Source: a virus
Lineage: Duplodnaviria > Caudoviricetes
Length of the DNA: 37,901 nucleotides
Direction: 5' to 3' (one strand)
Virus record (IMG/VR): IMGVR_UViG_3300037722_001169
Span: 1-37,901 of that record
Part shown: positions 16,689-25,547 of the stretch, piece after piece
How the letters are laid out: each line of letters starts with the position of its first letter
How positions within the stretch are numbered: the first letter of the stretch is position 1
Program-made: the position numbers and the translations under genes
The notes under the pieces: model-generated
Seen by the model: only the letters and a program-made list of their open reading frames with translations
What the model was told of the DNA's origin: nothing
Database searches by the model: none

Positions 16689-16969
16689 TGGACGAGTTCA
16701 AGGCCCGGCAGGACAGACGCCGGGCCGAAGCGGCGGCGCGAATTCTCGGCGATGAAATCGTCAAGGATGCGTTCGCTGCCGTCGAGGATCGTTTCACGAG
16801 GGCGATCCAGGACTCGAAGCCGGGCGAAACCGACACGCGGGAACAGGCGTATTTCGTGCTCCAGGGCATGAAGGCGTTCCGCGCCGTTTTCGAAGGGTAC
16901 ATTCGTAACGGCAAGGTTGCCGGCGCGTATCTCGAAAAGGAGGCCGGTAATGGCCGAAGAGGCGACTAG
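16688..16969 (+). CDS. Small head-region protein between portal and scaffold
   Basis: MDEFKARQDRRRAEAAARILGD...REQAY...; start reassigned from 16526. Confidence 0.75.
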   Translation: MDEFKARQDRRRAEAAARILGDEIVKDAFAAVEDRFTRAIQDSKPGETDTREQAYFVLQGMKAFRAVFEGYIRNGKVAGAYLEKEAGNGRRGD

Positions 16970-18035
16970 CCGGATCGAGGGCAAGGTGCCCGATTCCGGA
17001 CCCGCCAACAGTCTCGATCATCTCGCGAGCCGCTTCGACGCGGTAATGGAACCGCCCCCCGAAGAGGAAGCGGAAAACCCGGATGCGAGCCACCCCGGAC
17101 CCGCCGACAGCTCCGAAGGAGAACCGGCGAAAGACGAAGATGCCGCCGAAGCCGAAGAGGCGGAAGCGGACGAAGACGACAGCGAAGAAGCGAAATCCCC
17201 TGATACGCTGGAAGACCTTGCGCGCGCTCTCGGCGCGAAGGACGACGATGAAGTCGGGCAGTACGCGGACCTGATCCGCAGCCAGCTTCGCGTCCCGGTC
17301 AAGGTCAACGGTGAAACGCGAAGGGTTACCTTGCAGGAGGCGCTGGACGGTTATTCGCGCACGGAAGACTACCGCGCGAACAACCAGAAGCTGTCTGATG
17401 AGCAGCGTCGTTTCGACGACGCCGTTCAGCAGGCACGATCGCACGTCAAGGAGAAGATCGACAGGGCGGGTGAACTCGCCCGCGCGCTTGAAGGACAACT
17501 GATGTCCGACGAGCAACTGGACGCGATTCTCGCGCAGCAGGGTTCCGACGAATACCTGCGGGCGAAATCGCAGCGCGACCGGCTGAAAGCCTCGATCGGG
17601 GCGGTGCAGACGGAATCGCGGCAGGCGAACGAACAGGCGCAGCAGGAAGCGGCCGAGAACTACCGCCGCTTCATCGCCGAACAGCAGCAAGTGCTGTCCG
17701 GTGATTTCCCGGAGATTACCGATCCCGTGAAGGGCAAGGCGCTGCGGGAGCGCTGGAAGGGCTATCTCGTGAACGAAGGGTTTTCCGAGAAGGAAATCTT
17801 CCAGGTCGCGGACGCCCGGATGGTGCGCGTGTTCGACAAGGCGATGAGGTTCGACGATCTGCAAAAGGCGAAGCCGGAGCAGACGAAGAAGCTCAAGAGC
17901 CTGCCCAGGGTGCTGAAGCCCGGCAAGGGCGAGAAGGCGCCGGCGAAGTCAACCCTCGATGTTGCGAAGGCGAAACTCAAGCGGACCGGGCGTCCCGAGG
18001 ACGCTGCCGCCGCTATCATGGCGCTGATCAAATAG
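16950..18035 (+). CDS. Capsid scaffolding protein
   Basis: AAGGAGG RBS; acidic N-terminus, VKVNGETRRVTLQEALDGYSRTEDY, coiled coil, basic C-terminus; directly before the capsid gene. Confidence 0.9.
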   Translation: MAEEATSRIEGKVPDSGPANSLDHLASRFDAVMEPPPEEEAENPDASHPGPADSSEGEPAKDEDAAEAEEAEADEDDSEEAKSPDTLEDLARALGAKDDDEVGQYADLIRSQLRVPVKVNGETRRVTLQEALDGYSRTEDYRANNQKLSDEQRRFDDAVQQARSHVKEKIDRAGELARALEGQLMSDEQLDAILAQQGSDEYLRAKSQRDRLKASIGAVQTESRQANEQAQQEAAENYRRFIAEQQQVLSGDFPEITDPVKGKALRERWKGYLVNEGFSEKEIFQVADARMVRVFDKAMRFDDLQKAKPEQTKKLKSLPRVLKPGKGEKAPAKSTLDVAKAKLKRTGRPEDAAAAIMALIK

Positions 18036-18057
18036 GACAGCGCCGGAGGATTATGAC

Positions 18058-19020
18058 ATGGCTCCTCCGAGCAACACACTGACTGCCTACGACGCGATAG
18101 GCAACCGCGAAGACCTCTCCGATATCATCTACGATATCAGTCCGACCGACACACCGTTCCTGAACGGCATCCCGACGACCGACGCGACGGCCGTCAACCA
18201 CGAATGGCAGACGCACGCCCTCACGGCGGCGACGGCCGACAACAAGGTCGAGGAAGGTCTCGACGCTTCTACCGACGCCTCGACGACGACGACCCGGCGC
18301 GCCAACCGGACGCAGATTTCCGACAAGGTTCCGCGCGTGTCCGGCACGCAGGAAGTCGTCAACAAGGCCGGTCGCCGGTCGGAAATGGGCTTCCAGGTCA
18401 CCAATAAGGCGCGCGAGTTGAAGCGCGATATGGAAATGCGTCTGGTCTGCAACCAGGCGAAGGTGACAGGAGCGTCCGGCACGGCTGCCGAAACGGCGGG
18501 CGTCCTGTCGTGGCTGAAGACCAACGAGTCGGTCGGCGCCGGCGGGTCCGCGCCCTCGGCGGCGGACGGCGCGCAGACCCGTACCGCGGGGATGCAGCGG
18601 GCGTTCACGGAAGCGCAGATGAAAACCGTTCTGGCGGCGTGCTTCGACAGCGGCGGCGACCCGGACATGATCATCGTCAACGGCTTCAACAAGCAGGCGA
18701 TGTCCGGGTTTACCGGCAACGCGACGCGCATGGTCGGGGCGGGCGAGGAAAAGCTGTACGCCTCGATCGACGTCTACAAGTCGGACTTCGGCGATCTTCA
18801 GGTGGTCCCCAGCCGGTTCATGGAAACCCTGACGCAAAAGGGCGACCACGCGCTGATTCTGCAGATGGACATGTGGGCGATCGCCTATCTGCGCCCGTTC
18901 CAGCTGCATGATCTGTCGAAGACCGGCGACAGCGAGCAGAAGCAGTTGCTCGCCGAGTACGCGCTCGAGGCCCGCAACGAAGCGGCTTCGGGCGTGGTCG
19001 CGGACCTCACCGTCAGCTAA
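18058..19020 (+). CDS. Major capsid protein (DUF5309/SU10-like)
   Basis: GNREDLSDIIYDISPTDTPF, HEWQT, NRTQI, ELKRDME, YKSDFG, LSKTGDSE. Confidence 0.95.
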   Translation: MAPPSNTLTAYDAIGNREDLSDIIYDISPTDTPFLNGIPTTDATAVNHEWQTHALTAATADNKVEEGLDASTDASTTTTRRANRTQISDKVPRVSGTQEVVNKAGRRSEMGFQVTNKARELKRDMEMRLVCNQAKVTGASGTAAETAGVLSWLKTNESVGAGGSAPSAADGAQTRTAGMQRAFTEAQMKTVLAACFDSGGDPDMIIVNGFNKQAMSGFTGNATRMVGAGEEKLYASIDVYKSDFGDLQVVPSRFMETLTQKGDHALILQMDMWAIAYLRPFQLHDLSKTGDSEQKQLLAEYALEARNEAASGVVADLTVS

Positions 19021-19027
19021 CCGGGCG

Positions 19028-19047
19028 GGGGAGGCCGCGGCCTCCCC
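19028..19047 (+). other. GC-rich hairpin after the capsid gene (no U-tract)
   Basis: Perfect palindrome GGGGAGGCCGCGGCCTCCCC. Confidence 0.6.
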
Positions 19048-19071
19048 GTCCCCAACATGGGAGTACGGAAC

Positions 19072-19575
19072 ATGCGTGCATTCGCTGTTCTCCTGGCGGT
19101 CCTGTTTGCCGTCAGCCCGGCTTACGCGGGGTCCAACATCAAGCAGAAGGACACCGGGGCGACGGTCTGGTCCGACCAGAACAGTATCGACGTCCCGATC
19201 GGCAGTTCCGGGCTTGTGGTCGGTATCTCCGATCTTGCCACGTCGGCGACGGTGTTCGTGGTCACGCACAAGCCCGGCCGCGTTATCAAGGCGTATGTGG
19301 TCAGGAACCGTGCGGCGGATGCAGCGTCGGATTCGTCGATTCTGACGGTGTATATCGCGAAGTTCCTAACCTCGACGACGCAGTTCACGCCGATTTCGAT
19401 CGGCGCGGAACTGACGACGGCGACGCCGCATGACGGCGCGATATCGTCGATGTCGCCGGCCTATACCGGCGTCGAGGCGAAACAGGGCAGTGTCATCGCC
19501 GTTCACACCGATGGCGGCGAGACGTGTTCGGGTACCGTCGGCTGCGAGGCCAACGTCACCATCGTCATCGAGTGA
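19072..19575 (+). CDS. Capsid-accessory-like beta protein with Sec signal peptide
   Basis: GGGAG RBS; MRAFAVLLAVLFAVSPAYA|GSN; mature part ISDLATSATVFVV...GRVIKAYVV...IAVHTDGG...NVTIVIE resembles the small proteins that follow this capsid family. Confidence 0.7.
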   Translation: MRAFAVLLAVLFAVSPAYAGSNIKQKDTGATVWSDQNSIDVPIGSSGLVVGISDLATSATVFVVTHKPGRVIKAYVVRNRAADAASDSSILTVYIAKFLTSTTQFTPISIGAELTTATPHDGAISSMSPAYTGVEAKQGSVIAVHTDGGETCSGTVGCEANVTIVIE

Positions 19576-20618
19576 TCATCGCACGTTACGGGGCGGTCCT
19601 GCTGCTATGCGGGGCCGCCCTTTCGTTCGGGTATATCGCCAACCTCAACGCAACCAAGTGGGTTGCGCTGTACTGCGCGGCACTGGCCTGTTTCCTGTGG
19701 TTCCGCCCGGCTGCGGTGCGGCCGGTGCTCGCGTTCTGCGGCTATGTCCTGCTGAGCCTGGCGTGGTCGCCGGATCCGCTGGAAGGGCTGCTGCGGTTAC
19801 AGAATTTCGCCGTGCTGGCGACCGTAGTCGTCCTGTTCGCGCGCACGGAGTTGAACGCGGGGCTGTTCGGAGCCACGGGGATCGTCGGTGCGTTCGTGCT
19901 GACGCTGGCGTTCCCCGACTATCTCGGCGGCTTCGGCAATGAGAATTTTCGCTCCGATTTCGTCGTCATCTGCCTGCCGCTGACGCTCTGTCTCGGCTGG
20001 TGGTCGCTGCCGTTCCTGGTCCTGGGGGGCGGATTTCTGCTGGTGCACGGCACGCTGGCGGTGTTCGCGGCGGCGTTTTGCGCGGCGGCGCTGGTGTGTG
20101 TCATCGCGTGGCGGCGCGGCGCGCGCTACCCGGCGCTGCTGCTGACGGCGGCGGCGGCGAACTTCGCCGTGTTCGCCGATTTCGCGTATCAGTCGTGGTG
20201 GCACCGTCTCGAACTCTACCACAACACCCTCGTCCTGTGGTTTGAACGGCCGCTGTTCGGGCACGGAGTCGGGGCCTGGGATTACGTCTACCCGAGGGTG
20301 CAGGAAGCGCATTTATGGTTCTCGACACGCACCCTGATAGACGGCCCGGCGGTAATATCCGGCGCGGCGCATTCGGACGTATTGCAACTGCTCGCCGAAT
20401 ACGGGCTGATTGGCTTCGTGCTGGCCTTTTACGTGCTTTCGGGCGTGCGCTGGCGCACGCCGGCGGGGTTGGCGCTGGCGTCCGCCATTGGTGTCGCCTG
20501 CGTTGGCTTCCCGTTGCAGACGCCGGCGGCGGCGTTGGCCGGCGCCGTCGCGCTGGGTACGTCGTTGCGTGGAGCGCGGTACTGGCTGCCCTTTGCGTTT
20601 CGGGCGGATACTGGATAG
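19572..20618 (+). CDS. O-antigen ligase / O-oligosaccharyltransferase-like (Wzy_C) membrane protein
   Basis: GTGA coupling; many hydrophobic helices; GGFGNENF, HRLELY...RPLFGHGVGAW, AHSDVLQLLAEYGLIG, GFPLQTPA. Confidence 0.85.
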   Translation: MIIARYGAVLLLCGAALSFGYIANLNATKWVALYCAALACFLWFRPAAVRPVLAFCGYVLLSLAWSPDPLEGLLRLQNFAVLATVVVLFARTELNAGLFGATGIVGAFVLTLAFPDYLGGFGNENFRSDFVVICLPLTLCLGWWSLPFLVLGGGFLLVHGTLAVFAAAFCAAALVCVIAWRRGARYPALLLTAAAANFAVFADFAYQSWWHRLELYHNTLVLWFERPLFGHGVGAWDYVYPRVQEAHLWFSTRTLIDGPAVISGAAHSDVLQLLAEYGLIGFVLAFYVLSGVRWRTPAGLALASAIGVACVGFPLQTPAAALAGAVALGTSLRGARYWLPFAFRADTG

Positions 20619-21037
20619 TAGCGGAACGTCAGTTCACCTACGCGCGCGCCTATGCCGGTGTCGATGCGGTGCTGTTCGTGCAGCACGTCAACCGGGCGAT
20701 GCAGGTCTATCGTCTGGACAACAGGTACCGGCTTCATATCGCGCTGGCGATGGCGAACCTGCTGAAATCGGGGCTGGAAGTCCGCACCGACGACCGGACC
20801 ATGGACCGGGTGCACGAAATCGCGTCGTCGGCGTCGCCGTGGTTGCCGGCGGTGCTGGTATTACGGGCCGAATATCTCATCAACGCGCAACGGTGCGGCC
20901 CCGAGCTGGACCGCATCGTCGATTATCTCAAACGGCGGGTCACGATGCAGGCGGCGTCGGGGCAGGTATGGAGGTACTATCATGAGGAATCTGCTTGCGG
21001 CAGTGCTCGTCCTCTGGGCGGGAGCGGCGCACGCTGA
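20555..21037 (+). CDS. Probable C-terminal continuation of the Wzy_C protein in the -1 frame (TM helix plus helical domain)
   Basis: GYVVAWSAVLAALCVSGGYWIVAERQF then TPR-like helices; no good independent start; boundary approximate. Confidence 0.55.
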   Translation, partial: GYVVAWSAVLAALCVSGGYWIVAERQFTYARAYAGVDAVLFVQHVNRAMQVYRLDNRYRLHIALAMANLLKSGLEVRTDDRTMDRVHEIASSASPWLPAVLVLRAEYLINAQRCGPELDRIVDYLKRRVTMQAASGQVWRYYHEESACGSARPLGGSGAR

Positions 21038-21335
21038 AGGCCCGTATACGGTCGTCACGTCGGAAGACGAGACGCTGGCGGTGACAGGTGTCACGAGCTC
21101 GGACATCCAGGGGCCGTACGACGCCATCCGCCTTGTCTGCACGGTGGATTGCCGGGTCGCGGTGCTGACGACGCCGCTGCTCGAGGTCGGCGGCGTGACG
21201 GGAACGCACCCGGCGAGCGTGCCGATCTTCCTGCCGGAGGACACGCCGTTCGAGGTAAGGCCCGGCGCCGGCCGCGTCATCGTGGTCGGCCATGGCGCCT
21301 CGGGCACTCTCAACATCCTCACCTTGTCGAAGTGA
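20982..21335 (+). CDS. Small capsid-accessory-like protein with Sec signal peptide
   Basis: GGAGG RBS; MRNLLAAVLVLWAGAAHA|EGP; IRLVCTVDC...IFLPEDTP...SGTLNILTL. Confidence 0.75.
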   Translation: MRNLLAAVLVLWAGAAHAEGPYTVVTSEDETLAVTGVTSSDIQGPYDAIRLVCTVDCRVAVLTTPLLEVGGVTGTHPASVPIFLPEDTPFEVRPGAGRVIVVGHGASGTLNILTLSK

Positions 21336-21661
21336 TGCGCGCCCTTCTCGATCAGTGGGGCGGTCTCCTCACCTATTTCGAGCAAGGCGAGCGGCCCGAC
21401 GATATCCGGGTGCGGACGTGGCAGGCGAACGATCCGTTCCTGGAACAGAACCGGCGCGAACGCAACGCCGGGCATAATCCCAAATCCGATTTCCGCAAGG
21501 TGGCGTCGATCCCGGCAGGACTGCAACTGGAGCTGATCCGTCAGCACGGCATGCGGCCGGGCGAGTTCTACCGGAGACCGGTGAAGGAACAGCTCGACTT
21601 CTGGAAGCGGATTTACATGGACCGGGACTATTCGCAGCTCCGGACGAGTGACCGGGTATGA
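21335..21661 (+). CDS. Conserved head-region phage protein
   Basis: TGATG coupling; DPFLEQNRRERN...FRKVASIP...DRDYSQLRT. Confidence 0.8.
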   Translation: MRALLDQWGGLLTYFEQGERPDDIRVRTWQANDPFLEQNRRERNAGHNPKSDFRKVASIPAGLQLELIRQHGMRPGEFYRRPVKEQLDFWKRIYMDRDYSQLRTSDRV

Positions 21662-22566
21662 GCATCAGCAATTACGGCGAATTGAAAACCGCCGTCGCCA
21701 ATTACCTCTCGCGTGACGACCTCGAAGACCGTATCCCCGAGTTCATCGCGCTCGCCGAGGACCGGCTGGCGGTCAAGCTCCGCATCGAGCCGACGACGCA
21801 ACACACGCCGATCATGCTCCGCGCTCCGGTGGCCATCGCGGCGTCGGAAATCGGCGGTACCGCCAATGCGATGACGTTCACCCCGGCAACGGCGGCGACG
21901 GCCTACAATCTCGGTGATTCGTACTCGTTCACCTATCCGTTCACGCAGAACGAGCTCGCCTCGACGACGACGGTCGATGTTTCCGGTCTCGGGGCCAAGG
22001 AAATCGGCTACCGAAGGGCGTGGGGCGTCAGGGAAAGCGCGCGGTCGGGGACGTTGGTCAAGGATTATCCGACGAACATCGTCTATGACACAGTGGCTTT
22101 TGTTCTGGCGCCGGCGGGCGGGTACGTCATTCCGGGCGAGATGGTCGAAATCCGGTCGGCCTATCTCGACACCACCAACAAGCGCCTCGAATACTATCCC
22201 CCTCCCGATTTCTGGAACCGGGCGGCCGTGGGCGACACGGGCGAACCGAAAATCTACACCATCGAGGGCGCTTTCTTCGTCGTCGCGCCGGTCCCCACGA
22301 AAACCTACGCAGTACGGATGACGGGGTCGCAGAGATTGTTCGACCTGTCCTCGGATACCGACGCGGGCTGGACGATGACGAATGCGGCGGGTTTGCTTCT
22401 GTACGGCGCCTTGATTGAAGCGTCCGTCTATATCGAAGACGACGGCCGCGCGCTGACGTGGGCGACGATGTACGACGACCTGCTCGACGAGCACAAGAAG
22501 GCTGACCGGTACTATCGTTACCCGAGAGGCAGGGCGATCATGCGTTCGGACGTGAAGGGCGGATAG
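21658..22566 (+). CDS. Head-tail adaptor protein with an inserted domain
   Basis: SISNYGELKTAVANYLSRDDL..RIPEFIALAE N-terminus; GEPKIYTI, LLLYGALIEA C-terminus; about 95 extra residues in the middle. Confidence 0.8.
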   Translation: MSISNYGELKTAVANYLSRDDLEDRIPEFIALAEDRLAVKLRIEPTTQHTPIMLRAPVAIAASEIGGTANAMTFTPATAATAYNLGDSYSFTYPFTQNELASTTTVDVSGLGAKEIGYRRAWGVRESARSGTLVKDYPTNIVYDTVAFVLAPAGGYVIPGEMVEIRSAYLDTTNKRLEYYPPPDFWNRAAVGDTGEPKIYTIEGAFFVVAPVPTKTYAVRMTGSQRLFDLSSDTDAGWTMTNAAGLLLYGALIEASVYIEDDGRALTWATMYDDLLDEHKKADRYYRYPRGRAIMRSDVKGG

Positions 22567-23309
22567 AAGGTCCGGGCGAACCTGTTGGCGTAATAGTGGG
22601 AAAGCATTTCCGCTGTAGGGACGAAGCGCGTCAGGAACTCCCGGTACAGACTGGCATAGGGCTTCGTGTCCGACCGGTTGGCGTCGATCCGCTCCAGACC
22701 GGGAAATATCTCGGCGAAGTGATCTTCGAGGGATTCGAAGCGGTAGACCGTGAATTTGCCGAACCGGATCGTTCCGTACCGGTCGGGGTGGTGAGCGTAA
22801 ATGTTCACTCCGTGAACGGGGATGAAGTCGCGTTCGAACCAGTCCGCGAACCCGGTCACGGGACGCGCCCGGCGGCGGTCGAGATAGCGGTGTGAACGGC
22901 GCAACGCCTCGCGGTTCTCGAATACGTATCGAAACGCATCGAGCGCGTCGTCAACGGTCGCGACGTTGAAAACCGCCAGATTCTGGAACATCGCCGAGAC
23001 CGATTGCGTCATCGGATCGCGGTAGGCCGAGATTACCTGATCCGCGTCTGAAAACGCTTCGGCGCGGTCGCATTGCGACAGCACGGAAGCGGCGTTTTCA
23101 AGATCAGCATCGGGCAGGGCACAGGTTTCCCGCAGCTCGGTAATCGTCTCGGGCGACAGGAAATGATGACGCTCGATTCTTGCCGTGGGGAAGGTTGCCC
23201 GCAGGCTTTGCGCGACGGTTTGCGAGCCGGTCTTGCCGGACATGTGAACGAGAAAGGAGGCGGCCGGTGAAACTTTCCCAGCGTCTGGCCGCTGTCCCGC
23301 TTCAGGCAA
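22518..23309 (-). CDS. Sulfotransferase-fold protein (capsular polysaccharide synthesis-like)
   Basis: HMSGKTGSQT (5'-PSB-like loop), ISAYRDPMTQSVSAMFQN (3'-PB-like), WFERD, YRFESL, NRSDTKPYASLY; start uncertain. Confidence 0.75.
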   Translation of the reverse strand: MPEAGQRPDAGKVSPAASFLVHMSGKTGSQTVAQSLRATFPTARIERHHFLSPETITELRETCALPDADLENAASVLSQCDRAEAFSDADQVISAYRDPMTQSVSAMFQNLAVFNVATVDDALDAFRYVFENREALRRSHRYLDRRRARPVTGFADWFERDFIPVHGVNIYAHHPDRYGTIRFGKFTVYRFESLEDHFAEIFPGLERIDANRSDTKPYASLYREFLTRFVPTAEMLSHYYANRFARTFYPPFTSERMIALPLG

Positions 23310-24796
23310 AGTCCCTGCCTCCGAAGACCATCGAATTTGGCCAATGGTTGCCCGATCTGCCTGCCTTGGGCAACCCCGGTGCCACGGTGGCCAACGGGGT
23401 CATCCCGGCCGCGACTTCCTACCGGCCCTTGCCCGGCCTGGCTGTTCAGTCCGGCGCGCTGACGGCGTATTGCCGGGGCGCTGCGGCAGCCAAGACCACG
23501 GCAGGAGATACCTACTTCTACTGCGGCGACGCGACCAAGCTCTATTCGCTGCGCAACGGCACGGTGACGGACGAGAGCGGAGCCACCTACACCACGGCGC
23601 TTGACAGCCTGTGGCGGTTCGTCGTGTTCGGCACGAAGATTCTGGCGACGAACTACGACGACCCCGTGCAGTCAATTACCATCGGCGGGGCAGGGACGTT
23701 CGCCGACCACTTCACCTCGACGGAAAAGCCGCAAGCGCGCTGGATCGCGGTGATCGGTAATTTCCTCGTGCTGGGAAACATCAACTCCACGGCGGATGGC
23801 GTCGTTCCCAACCGGGTCCACTGGTCGGCGGTCAACGACAGTCTCGATTTCGACCCCGATGCGGCGACGCAGTGCGATTTCCAGGATTTCCCCGATGGCG
23901 GCCATGTCCAGCAAGTGGTCGGCGGCGCCACCTATGGGCTGGTGTTCCAGGAGCGGCAGATTTCCCGGTTGACCTATGAAGGATCTCCGCTGGTCTTCCG
24001 GGTCGATCCAATCGACCGCCAGAGAGGCACGCACATTCCGACCTCTGTAATCGGGCACGGCTCGCGGGTGTACTTCGTCAACGAGGAAGGCTTCCACTTC
24101 ACCGACGGCGCGCAGACGCATCATATCGGCATGAACAGGGTCGATACGACGTTTCTCGAGCAGTTCGACCCGCAATACTGGTACCGGGTTTCGGCGGCGG
24201 TCGATCCCCGCAACAATCTCATCGTCTGGTCGTTTCCGGGTAGCAGCGGCGCGTTTCCGACCAAGCTGTATTTCTACAACTACGAAACCGACCGGTTCGC
24301 CGAAGCCGACATCGAGACGGAAATCATCGTCGCCGCCGAAACGCAGGCGCTGGACATGGACAGCACCGGCACGACGGCTGACCCCGACGAGATGGACACG
24401 GCCGGCCTGCCGTCGCTCGACAGCGCCGCGTACCAGGGCGGTCAGCTTCGTTTTGCCGCGTTCGATACCTTCCACCGGCTGTGCTATTTCACCGGGTCCA
24501 ATCTTGCAGCAGTGATGGAAACCGGCGAAGCGCAGCTCGTCAGCGACCGGCGTTCGAAGGTCAGGAAGGTGCGTTCGCTCGTCGATACCGCGAACGCCAC
24601 AATTGCGGTGGCTTCACGGGACCGGCTGGCGGATGCGGCGTCGTTCGGGTCCGCCGTGTCGATGTCCGCCATTGGAGAGCATTCGGTCCTGAATGACGGC
24701 CGCTACCATCGGTTCCGGGTTTCGATTCCCGCCGGAGAAAGCTGGACGCACGGACAGGGCGTGCAGGCGGTCTACAGCCCGACGGGGCGCAAGTAG
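23267..24796 (+). CDS. Tail stabilisation/nozzle protein (P22 gp10-like role)
   Basis: AAAGGAGG RBS; FGQWLPD, RVHWSA..D, GLVFQER, beta-propeller-like pattern; position after the adaptor. Confidence 0.8.
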   Translation: MKLSQRLAAVPLQAKSLPPKTIEFGQWLPDLPALGNPGATVANGVIPAATSYRPLPGLAVQSGALTAYCRGAAAAKTTAGDTYFYCGDATKLYSLRNGTVTDESGATYTTALDSLWRFVVFGTKILATNYDDPVQSITIGGAGTFADHFTSTEKPQARWIAVIGNFLVLGNINSTADGVVPNRVHWSAVNDSLDFDPDAATQCDFQDFPDGGHVQQVVGGATYGLVFQERQISRLTYEGSPLVFRVDPIDRQRGTHIPTSVIGHGSRVYFVNEEGFHFTDGAQTHHIGMNRVDTTFLEQFDPQYWYRVSAAVDPRNNLIVWSFPGSSGAFPTKLYFYNYETDRFAEADIETEIIVAAETQALDMDSTGTTADPDEMDTAGLPSLDSAAYQGGQLRFAAFDTFHRLCYFTGSNLAAVMETGEAQLVSDRRSKVRKVRSLVDTANATIAVASRDRLADAASFGSAVSMSAIGEHSVLNDGRYHRFRVSIPAGESWTHGQGVQAVYSPTGRK

Positions 24797-25159
24797 ATGC
24801 CCCTGGCCTCGCCCCGATCCTCGGGCCGGGCCTATGACGGGGCGCCGCTGGAATGGTCGGACGCCCGGGAATGGATGCGCCGGATCGCGGAGACCGCGAA
24901 CGGCGTGCTCGCCGGCAAGCTCAATTCGACGGGCACTTTCACCCTGACCGTGAACTCGCTGACGACGGTGGTCGACGATCCCCGCTGCGGGCCGGATTCG
25001 GTGGTTCTCTGGTGCCCGACGACGGAAACCGCCGGCGGGGAAGTGGGCATGTACGTCACCAGCCGAGGCGTCGAGACCGCCGGGATAAGGGGGTTCACCG
25101 TCAACCATGGATTCGATTCACGCAGCGACAGAACCTTCGCCTACGTCCTCATCGGCTAG
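24797..25159 (+). CDS. Small tail-associated structural protein
   Basis: Abuts the nozzle gene; NGVLAGKLNSTGTFTL...DRTFAYVLIG. Confidence 0.7.
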   Translation: MPLASPRSSGRAYDGAPLEWSDAREWMRRIAETANGVLAGKLNSTGTFTLTVNSLTTVVDDPRCGPDSVVLWCPTTETAGGEVGMYVTSRGVETAGIRGFTVNHGFDSRSDRTFAYVLIG

Positions 25160-25547
25160 GTTTACCGGCGTCCTGTCATTTCACGTCCCCGAACTCTGGC
25201 TGAAGATTCTGCCTCTGGTCGAATCCGCTCTGGAACAGGGGCATGGCGAGTATGAGGCCGAGGACATTTATCAAGCGCTGCTGTCGAGAGACATGCAGTT
25301 GTGGACGGACGGGTGTGGAATCGGGGTTACCGAGATTGTCCGCTACCCGCAGAAAAGCGTGTGCTGGGTCGTGCTCGCATCCGGCGGGCCGATGGCGGAC
25401 TGGCTGCCGCAGGTCTCCGTGATCGAGCGGTGGGCGAAGTCGAAGGGCTGCGCTGAAATCCGTGCTATTGGCCGCGCCGGCTGGGCGCGGGCCATGGAAA
25501 AATACGGCTGGCAACGGCCGTATGCGCTGGTGAGGAAAGAGCTATGA
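25107..25547 (+). CDS. GNAT-like phage protein preceding the ejection genes
   Basis: DMQLW, VTEIVRYP, IERWAKSKGC, GRAGWAR; start uncertain. Confidence 0.65.
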   Translation: MDSIHAATEPSPTSSSARFTGVLSFHVPELWLKILPLVESALEQGHGEYEAEDIYQALLSRDMQLWTDGCGIGVTEIVRYPQKSVCWVVLASGGPMADWLPQVSVIERWAKSKGCAEIRAIGRAGWARAMEKYGWQRPYALVRKEL

